Source: an uncultured Pseudohongiella sp. (lineage in GTDB: Bacteria > Pseudomonadota > Gammaproteobacteria > Pseudomonadales > Pseudohongiellaceae). From it: 64,000 nucleotides of DNA. The notes under the pieces are model-generated. The model ran no database searches. It had not been told where the DNA came from and saw nothing but the letters and a program-made list of their open reading frames with translations. Within the stretch, counting starts at the first letter, position 1; the number at the start of each line of letters is the position of its first letter. Of the stretch, positions 7,930-16,600 are shown piece by piece. The position numbers and the translations under genes were made by a program. Location of the stretch: assembly GCA_965221015.1 (NCBI GenBank), contig OZ244859.1:922046-986045 (forward strand). Reading direction: 5' to 3'.

Positions 7930-8383
7930 TCGCCGCCTCCGTTGCCGTTTCCGCATATTCATACAAAGACAGCAGATAAAGCTCCTGGTCCCAATAGGCG
8001 TAGCCCGGGTCCTCGGCATCGAGCCCAAAACCGAAAAAGCCGGAAAGGGCGATGCCGCACACCAGCGGCAGGCAGGCGGCCAGCGCCGGCCGCCACCATC
8101 CGCCGGGCGAGCTGCCCGGCGTCAACCAGGCGATGACGCCCTCCAGCCCCGTGCCGGCCCGCCGCGGCAAAGCCTGGCCCAGCACTTTCGCTTCCAGGCC
8201 GGCAAATTCGGGCGCCGCGTCCCGCTCCAGCAGGCTTTCCAGCATTTGTTGCCGCCGCAGCAACTCCCGCGCCGCCGAGCTTTCCCGCAACAGCGCCGCC
8301 GCGCCCTCGCGCTCCGGCGCCGGCCAATTGTCGCTGTCGCCGCCGCGGCGGTCGAGCAAATCGGTGAATTCGTCAAGTTTCAT
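7922..8383 (-). CDS. Putative single-pass anti-sigma factor (no zinc-finger motif)
   Basis: The call rests on position downstream of the ECF sigma gene. One TM segment is present (WWRPALAACLPLVCGIALSGFF). I did not recognise an HxxxCxxC motif. Confidence 0.45.
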   Translation of the reverse strand: MKLDEFTDLLDRRGGDSDNWPAPEREGAAALLRESSAARELLRRQQMLESLLERDAAPEFAGLEAKVLGQALPRRAGTGLEGVIAWLTPGSSPGGWWRPALAACLPLVCGIALSGFFGFGLDAEDPGYAYWDQELYLLSLYEYAETATEAANE

Positions 8384-8407
8384 GCTGCCACCCTGTTTGA
8401 CGCCGGT

Positions 8408-8521
8408 TCAGTCGGCCCGCGGTTCCGCCGCCCGCCAGATGTCGCTGCCGCCGCCGCGCCCTCTCATTCCGGCGCCGGCCAGGCGGCTATCCAGCAGAGC
8501 AGGCAATTCGTCAAGTTTCAT
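8408..8521 (-). pseudogene. 37-codon ORF that is a truncated duplicate of the anti-sigma gene 5' end
   Basis: MKLDELPALLDS...GGGSDIWRAAEP compares with MKLDEFTDLLDRRGGDSDNWPAPE in the anti-sigma gene. The DNA string attcgtcaagtttcatgctg occurs at both starts. Its ATG overlaps the sigma-gene stop as ATGA (8518-8521). Confidence 0.35.
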
Positions 8522-9099
8522 GCTGTCCGCCTGTCTGTTCGACTGTTTGCCCCCCGGCTTGCTCCCCCGTCCTTTTCTTCCGCCGGCAGCGCCTCGCGCA
8601 GCGAACGCCTGCCTCTGGCCAGCAGCGACTCCAGCGCTTGCACGGAAAGGTTCATGATCATGGCCGCCTCCTTGTTGGAAAAGCCCTGATAATGGCACAG
8701 CGATATCGCGCCGCGCTGGTTCACGGGCAGCCGCTCCAGCGCCGCCCGCAGCCCCGCCATTTCGCCGTCCGCCAGCGCCGCGTCCAGCGGCCCCGGCCCC
8801 CGCGCCAGCTCTTCCAACTCCGCCGCCGGTTCCTCCCGCCGCTTGCGCAGATGGTCAACGCACAGATTGTGCGCGATGCGGTGAATCCAGGTCGATAGCC
8901 CCGCCTTCGCCGGTTGCCAGCTCGCCGCTTTCACCCAAACCTTGAGGAAGGTCTCCTGGGCGATATCCTCCACATCGCGGGTGTTGCCCAACAAGCGCCA
9001 GGCGTAACGGCTCACCGGCTTCAGATGACGTCGGACGATCGCTTCATAGGCGCCGTGGTTGCCGGCGCAGATCGCGGCCATCAATTCTTCATCGGTCAT
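8518..9099 (-). CDS. ECF-type (sigma-70 family) RNA polymerase sigma factor
   Basis: Region 2 is 'DVEDIAQETFLKVW...STWIHRIAHNLCVDHLRKR'. Region 4 is 'LPVNQRGAISLCHYQGFSNKEAAMIMNLSVQALESLLARGRRSL'. Confidence 0.9.
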   Translation of the reverse strand: MTDEELMAAICAGNHGAYEAIVRRHLKPVSRYAWRLLGNTRDVEDIAQETFLKVWVKAASWQPAKAGLSTWIHRIAHNLCVDHLRKRREEPAAELEELARGPGPLDAALADGEMAGLRAALERLPVNQRGAISLCHYQGFSNKEAAMIMNLSVQALESLLARGRRSLREALPAEEKDGGASRGANSRTDRRTA

Positions 9100-9123
9100 C
9101 AGCCCATCATAACCGCGCCCGCG

Positions 9124-9693
9124 TCAATTCTGCGTGTCTTCATCCGCCTGGTCCGCCTGGTCCGCCCGGCCCGCCGGCCCGCCCGGGCGGGCGCGAAAGC
9201 CCCGTGTCGCCCATTCACTCGCTTGCACCAGGCCGTCTTCGTCCCGGTCGAGGCGGGCGAACACATCGCCGCGGTACTCATCCAAGCTGACCACACCATC
9301 GCGGTCCGCGTCCAGGTTTTCGAATCTGGCGTTCAGCCGCTCCATGAACCGCTCCTGCCGCGCCTCCCGCCGGGCCTGTTCCTCGCTCTCGGCGCTCTCG
9401 TCTTCGTTCGAGGCCGGCGCCGCCTGCGGCCGCGGCGTTCCTCTGCGCACACGGCCGGGAAGGCCGCGGCGCATCGTGTTGCCGTATTCTTCCAGCGACA
9501 CCGCGCCGTCGCCGTCGCGGTCCGCATTGGCGGCCACCGGGGCGGCCATAAACTCCGCAAGGCTCAGCGCTTCGTCGCCATCGGTGTCGAACTGCGAGAA
9601 TCGGTTCTCGCCATCGTTTTCCTGCGCCAGGGCGGATGTGGAAAGCGCCAGCGCCGCGGCGATGGCCAAAGGTATGCTTCGAACTGATTTCAT
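9124..9693 (-). CDS. Secreted EF-hand calcium-binding protein (4 EF loops)
   Basis: The signal peptide is MKSVRSIPLAIAAALALSTSALA. The loops are DTDGDEALSLAEF, DRDGDGAVSLEEY, DADRDGVVSLDEY and DRDEDGLVQASEW. The C-terminal tail is acidic. Confidence 0.8.
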   Translation of the reverse strand: MKSVRSIPLAIAAALALSTSALAQENDGENRFSQFDTDGDEALSLAEFMAAPVAANADRDGDGAVSLEEYGNTMRRGLPGRVRRGTPRPQAAPASNEDESAESEEQARREARQERFMERLNARFENLDADRDGVVSLDEYRGDVFARLDRDEDGLVQASEWATRGFRARPGGPAGRADQADQADEDTQN

Positions 9694-9941
9694 AGTCGTG
9701 TTCCTGTATGGAAATGCGTTATTGCCTAAAGTTCAGATTGCCGGGCGACTGGTCCGCCAAGCGTTCAACTCCCTTTACGCGGCAACCGGCAATTCCCGTC
9801 GCAACCATTTGCGCCCGGCGCCCGCCAGCCGCGGCGCGCGAAACTTGCGCTGAGAATTTTGCCTTGTTTGCGGATAATCACGGTTACCACTTGATATTTC
9901 TGCAAATGCAGTCAGAATGGCGAAGCGTCGCGGGAAAGGCT

Positions 9942-9970
9942 TGACAAGCCAATTAGTACCACTAACAATA
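9942..9970 (+). promoter_or_regulatory. Sigma70-like promoter candidate (TTGACA-N17-AACAAT) in an AT-rich island upstream of the giant gene
   Basis: TTGACA lies at 9942-9947 and aacaat at 9965-9970. The surrounding ~60 bp are visibly AT-rich in an otherwise GC-rich window. If used, it implies a leader of roughly 560 nt. Confidence 0.3.
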
Positions 9971-10360
9971 CCTATTCAATACCATATTAGGTGTGGTTTT
10001 CCGGCAACCGGGCGCGGCAGCGCAGCACGAAGTGTTGGACCGGAATCAATTTGAGCACAGAGCATCTCAGAGCATCACGGAGTAAAGCCAAGCAAAAGCG
10101 AGCAAAAAAGCACCAATGCATGTAAAATGCCGCAGTCGGCCAGCGTTCGGCCGCGGCAAGCCCGGATTTGCCAGAATGAGAACAGAATGACCAGCGTGAA
10201 ACCACTCGCGAAAGAGGGAATTTCAAAATCAGGTTCAACAGCCCGCCGGCTGTTGGCTGCCGTGCGCGCGAAATGCCCGAGTTGGCCGTTCGCGCGCCTT
10301 GGCGCGCACCCGAAACTTCCCGCTCTTCCGCTCGTGCGATTGGCCGCACGCCTTAGCCAG

Positions 10361-10474
10361 CAACAAAAGCCCGCGCAACAAGAGGCCGCGCAACAAGAGG
10401 CCGCGCAACAAAAAGCCGCGCAACAAAAGGCCCCTCAACAAAGAGCCGCACGACAAAACGCCGCGCACAAGAAT
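10361..10474 (+). repeat. 15-bp tandem repeat, ~7.5 units (caacaagaggccgcg), in frame with the giant ORF
   Basis: The units are caacaaaagcccgcg / caacaagaggccgcg x2 / caacaaaaagccgcg / caacaaaaggcccct / caacaaagagccgca / cgacaaaacgccgcg. If translated they give QQ(E/K)AA pentapeptides. Confidence 0.85.
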
Positions 10475-10534
10475 CCAGCCGTCGCGTTTCCCTTCCTTTA
10501 TATACCCGCCGAATCCCGGCCCGGCCCCGCGCCC

Positions 10535-10654
10535 ATGGCCCGGCGATTTGCCCCGCTGAGCGCCGCCAAGCGCGTTCTCTCCAAGGCGGCGGCCACGCTC
10601 GCCTTGTCAGCGCTCGCGCTCGTGTCCTTGGGGATGAGCGCCTCCGCCCAGGCC
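10535..10654 (+). other. Predicted Sec signal peptide of the giant protein
   Basis: It has a basic n-region (MARRF..KR), a hydrophobic core ATLALSALALVSLG, and an A-Q-A cleavage-type motif ending at 10654. Confidence 0.6.
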
Positions 10655-13600
10655 CAGACGCTGACCTTGACCTTCTCCGATGACGGCAGCACCGTGACCA
10701 TCGACGCCGCTGGCAGTTTGGATTTCTCAGCATCCGGTTCCCGGGCTGATGCAACGATCGGATTCCTAAACGCCATTTTTGTCGATGACACTGACATCTG
10801 GGCCATCGGGGCGGACTCGTCCGGCATCAACAGCCCGGTGAGTACGTATCAACTCTCTGCCTTGACGACCACGGTTAATGAGCCTTTCTCAGGTCCCTCT
10901 TCAGCCGAAAACTTGTCCAACTATAGTGCCGAATTCTACCTCCGATTCACCACCTTCTATAACCGGATGCTGGTAGACCAGGACAATCTCACAGGAGACA
11001 TCTACGATCCAACAGGAGACCAAGTCACGTTCACGGGCACCCTGCAAAGCACCTTGGGCGACAACGACTTCGACATCGAACACGCGTTCGGCAATCAGAA
11101 GATCGTTTTCAAAACCGCGACCCCAGCCACAGTCCCCGCCGCGCCAACCGGCCTGGCGGCGACAGCGGGCAATGCCCAGGTTGACTTGGCTTGGGCCAAC
11201 CCGAACGACAGCAACATCACCAAATACCAGGTCCGCTACGGCGCAGGCGCCACCGTCCCCGCCACCGCCAACTGGGAAGACATCAGCGGCAGCGGCGCCG
11301 GCACCACCAGCCACACCGTCTCCGGCCTGACCAACGCCACCGGGTACGCCTTCGAAATCCGGGCCGTGAACGCCCGCGGCAACAGCAGCGCCTCCGCCAC
11401 CGCGACCGCGACGCCGGCGGAGCCCGACACCACGCCCAGTTTCGGCAGCGAGACCATCGCCGACCAGAACTTCACCCAAAACACTGCCATCGCCACCTTG
11501 ACCCTGCCCGAAGCCACCGGCGGCAATGGCACCCTGACCTACAGCCTGACCCCGAACGCTCCGGCGGGCCTGGCCTTCGACGCCACCAACCGCACCCTCA
11601 CCGGCACTCCCACCGCGGTCCAGAGCGCGACGGCCTACACCTACACCGTCACCGACGCCGACAGCGACACGGCCAGCCTGACGTTCAACATCACCGTCGC
11701 GGCGCCGGGACCAACACCGGCCCAGCCGCAGCACTTCACCGCGAGTGTCTCCCGGGACAATAGTCTGACCACCCGCGGCCAGGTCCAATTGAACTGGGCC
11801 GACCCGTCTGACAGCAGCATCACCAAGTACCAGGTTCGGCACAAGGCGGGCACGAGTTTTCTGTCTCCATCGGATGATGGCTTGTGGACCGATATTTCCG
11901 GCAGCAGCGCCAGCCTCACGCATGTTCTGGTGGGGGATCTGAATTTCGGAACGACTTATGTCCTTCAGGTGCGCGCGGTGAACGCGAACGGCGCCGGAAC
12001 ACCGACCGCGGCACTGACCGCGGCGCCGACGCCGCTGCCTTCCCCGCAAGGCGCCAATGGCAGACTGCTTCACCCGCCCACCAATGTGATGACCCAATCG
12101 CCGGAACCCGGCAAGATCAAAATCTCCTGGGATTGGTATGACCCCACCTGCTCCACGGTGGCGGGCGAACCTTACATATTCGAGGTTGTCTTCAGAAAGC
12201 CCTCGGCAAATTGGTCGACTTCGGGGGTAAACAGCAACGCGGGATCCTACAGCCTCACCTACAACGTCAATGCCGGCGGCAACGTGGAAGAGTGGGAGTT
12301 TCCCAGGTGGGGCATCAATCTTGGCTCTGTTGGGCCCGATGTCGTATTGGACGCGGGCCAGTACGAAGTCAGCGTAAGCTATGGCGGCGGCACCTCGCTC
12401 CTGAGATGCAGTGGATATGGTTCCTGGGCCTCGCCGAAGAGCGTCACCGTGGTGCAGCCGACGACGCCCGACTTCGGCACGGGGACGGTTGCGGATCAGA
12501 CCTTCACCCGGAACACGGCCATCACGCCCCTGGTTTTGCCGGCGGCCACCAGCACCGGCACGCCGATTTACACCTTGACTTCAACGCTGCCCGCGGGCCT
12601 GAGCTTTGATCCCGCCACGCGCACCCTCAGCGGCACCCCGACGGCGCTGCAGGCGGCCGCGACCTACACCTACACGGCCTACAACATCCGGGGCGAAAAC
12701 ACTCAGCTCACGTTCACCATCACCGTCGAGGAGCCGGCATCGGCCCCGGCCGCGCCCACCGGCCTGGCCGCCACCGCCGGCGACACCACGGTCACGCTGA
12801 ACTGGACCGACCCGTCCGACACCAGCATCACCAAGTACCAGGTCCGCTACGGCGCGGGCGCCACCGTGCCGGCCACCGCCACCTGGGACGATATCGACCC
12901 CAGTGACGACCAGACCACCAGCCACACGGTCACCGGCCTCACCAACGCCACCCAATACGCTTTCGAAATCCGCGCCGTCAACGCCAACGGCAACAGCGAC
13001 GCCTCGGCCACCGTCACCGCGACGCCGGAGGCCGACACCACGCCCAGCTTCGGCAGCGAGACCATCGCCGACCAGAGCTACACCAAAGACACGGCGATTT
13101 CCACGCTGACGCTGCCCCAGGCAACCGGCGGCGAGGACCCGCTGACCTACAGCCTGACCCCGAACGCCCCGGCGGGCCTGGCCTTCGACGCCACCAACCG
13201 CACGCTCACCGGCACCCCCACCACGGTCCAGAGCGCGACGGCCTACACCTACACCGTCACCGACAACGACGGCGACACGGCCAGCCTGACGTTCAACATC
13301 ACCGTCGAGGCGCCGGCACCCGCGCCCGCCGCGCCCACCGGCCTGGCCGCCACCGCGGGCGACACTGCGGTCACGCTGAACTGGACCGACCCGTCCGACA
13401 CCAGCATCACCGGATACCAGGTCCGCTACGGCGCGGGTTCCACCGTGCCGGCCACCGCCACCTGGGATGATATCGACCCCAGCGACGACCAGACCACCAG
13501 CCACACCGTCACCGGCCTCACCAACGCCACCCAATACGCTTTCGAAATCCGCGCCGTCAACGCCAATGGCAACAGCGACGCCTCCAGCACTGTCACCGCA

Positions 13601-16600
13601 ACACCGGCACTGGCCGTCCCCGACGCGGTGACGAACCTGACCGCCAGCGCTGGCGGCACGCACGTTTACCTGACCTGGACCAACCCGACCAACGCCACCA
13701 TTACCAACATTCAGGTCCGCTACAAGCCCGCGGCTGACCTGCCGTTCGATGACACCACCGACCTTTGGACCAATCTCGCTGCCACGCGCACGGACTTCGA
13801 CGCGTTTGACCCGACCCCCGACACCGAATACAGGTTTCAAGTGCGGGCCATCAACGCCGCCGGCAACGGCCAGGCGAGCGAGGTGAGCGTGACGACGGGC
13901 ACGGTGCCCAGCGTGGAAGACATCACGCGGCACATGCCAACAACCTCCCCGACCAACGCGAACACGTTGACGTGGCAGGTTGTGTTCAGCGAACTGGTGC
14001 TGTACGGGCAGGCCGGCGGGCCGGGGGCATACGAGGTTGCCTACGACCCGCCGATCGCGAACGCGCCGACGCTGGTCGCGGACAGGCTGGGCGCGGCCCG
14101 CAGATGCGTGCGCCGCGGGGATGCGGGGCTGGCTTTCTCCGTCGAGCTTTACGGCGGCGACCTGGCCAACTACAACGGCACGGTGACGATGACGTTGAAG
14201 TCGGACGGGGTTATCCGAAACTGCGACGGCACCGCGGTCCGGGTCCGGACGCCGACCGGCACCAACGACAACACCTTCGTGGTGGACAACGTGGCGCCGA
14301 CAGTGACGGTCACGGGCGTTTCCGGGACGGTCACCGCAGCGGTTGAGGCGACCTTCACGTTCACCGAGGAGGTCACCGGCTTCGACGTCGGCGACATCGT
14401 CCTAACCAACGCCGCCGCATCGGAATTCTCCGGGTCGGGAACGACCTACAAGGCGATGATCACGCCGGCCGTCGGCGGCGCCTTCAGCGTCGGCATTGCG
14501 GCGGGCGCGGCGCAAGACGCCGCCGGCAACGACAATGCGGCGGCGACTACCGTGACCGCGCAGTACGATGCCACGCCCAGCTTCGGCGCCGGTGTCACGA
14601 TTGCCGACCAGACCTACACCCAGAACGCCGCCATCACCACCTTGAACCTGCCTGAGGCCACCAGCGGCAACGGCACCCTGACCTACAGCTTGACCCCGGC
14701 CGCCCCGGCGGGCCTGGCTTTCGACGCCACCGCCCGCACCCTCTCGGGCACCCCGACCACGCTTCAACAAGCCACGGCCTACACCTACACCGCCACGGAC
14801 GAGGATGGCGACACGGTCAGCCTCACGTTCAACATCACCATCGAATCGCTGACGCCGGCCGCGCCCACCGGTCTGAGCGCCACGGCGGGCGACGCCCTGG
14901 TCGCACTGGCCTGGTCCAATCCGCAGGACAGCACAATCACCAAGTACCAGGTTCGCTACGGCGCGGGTTCCGCCGTGCCCGCCACGGCAACCTGGGGTGA
15001 CATCACCGGCAGCGGCGCGGGCACCACCAGCCACACCGTCACCGGCCTCACCAACGGCACCCAATACGCTTTCGAAATCCGCGCCGTCAACGCCGGCGGC
15101 AACAGCAACGCTTCCAGCACCGTCACCGCGACGCCCGCCCAGTCCCAGACCTCGCAAACCAACGCGCCGTCGATCAGCTTGCTGCAAGCGGGACGCGCCG
15201 GCATGGTGGTGAACTGGAACTGGGTCGACACCACCGGCGGCGCCTGTTCCATGGCCGGAGCCAATTCGAGATTCGTGCTCGAATACAAGAAAGCCACGGA
15301 GCCGAACTGGAAGGGAGCCACGCAACTGACCCCCAACACCGCCGACCATGGCGTGTTCGAGTTGTACAACTCCGAGAATTGGAGCCGGGGCCTGGTGCCC
15401 AGCGGCACCTTGCTCACCATGTTCACCATCGACGCGAACTCCCTGGGCAGGGAGCCTGTCTCCCAGTCCGGCGTGGCGCTGGACGCCGTCCAGTACCAGG
15501 TTCGCCTGCTGGCCCAAAGCGACAGCAGTTCCTGCGACGACACCTACAGCCCCTACAGCGCGATCGCCAGCGTGACCGTGCTTGCGGCGAACCAGGCGCC
15601 CACCGTCACCAGCGCCATCGCGGACCAGTCGGTGGTGGCCGAGGCCAGCGTGACGGTGGACATCTCGTCAACGTTCAGCGACCCGGAAAACGACGCCTTG
15701 ACCTACGCGGCGTCCTCGAACGACACGTCCAAGGCCACGGTGGCGCTGTCCGGCACCACGCTGACGCTGACAGGCACGGGGGCCGGCAGCGCGAAAGTCA
15801 CCGTAACCGCCACCGACCCCTACGGCGATTCCGTATCCGACGAATTCGACGTCACCGTCACCAACAACGCGCCCACGGTGGCGAACGCGATTGCGGACCA
15901 GACGGTGAACACGGGTTCGGACGTGACGGTTGCGCTGGAAACCGCCGGCAGTGAAGTGTTCGCGGACCCGGACAGCCACGCCCTGACGTACTCCGCCACT
16001 TCCAGCGACACAACGCTGGCCACCGTGGCGGTGGACAACGCGGCCAACACGGTGACCGTGACCGGCGTCGCCGCGGGCGCGCCGACCATCACCGTGACCG
16101 CGAGCGACGGCTACGGCGGCACGGTCAGCGACGATTTCATCGTCACGGTGAACCAGGGCAACCGGGCGCCGACGGTGGCGAACGCGGTGGACGACCAATC
16201 CGTGGCGGTGAACGCGACGGTGGATGTGGACGTCTCCGCCGTGTTCACCGACCTCGACAACGACACGCTGACGCTGTCAGTGACTTCCTCCGCCACCGCG
16301 ACCGCGACGGCATCGCTGACCGGCACCACCTTGACCCTGACCGGCGTCGCCCAGGGCACGGCCCAGGTGACGCTGACCGCCGACGACGGCAACGGCGGCC
16401 AGGCCTCGGACACCTTCGACGTCACCGTGACCTCCAGCGCGCCGGTGGTGGCGAACCCGATCGCGGATATCAGAATCTCGACGGTCGTTCCGCGCGACAT
16501 CGACCTGACGCCGGTGTTCAGCGACCCGGATGGAGACACCTTGACCTACAGCGCCTCATCCAGCGACACCAGTCTCGCCTCGGTTTCGCTGACGGGCTCA

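Noticed and set aside
6963-8136. ORFs starting MPGSAGGRGFARRRGGASQGRVKRRRFDSRLDRMSSRDLAQSPARP..., repeated at 6963, at 7258 and (minus strand) in 59526..59978. Also 6773..7153 (-) and 7077..7517 (-).
   Set aside because: The repeated 'peptide' is simply the translation of the 139-bp palindromic element, and both strands give similar ORFs because of the inverted repeats. There is no RBS. They are best explained as non-coding REP/MITE-like DNA.
9987-10349. 120-aa minus-strand ORF in the leader region of the giant gene. Also 10235..10468 (-) and 10353..10754 (-).
   Set aside because: They have no RBS or motifs and are partly the translation of the 15-bp repeat (LLLRGLLLRG...). They are likely non-coding.
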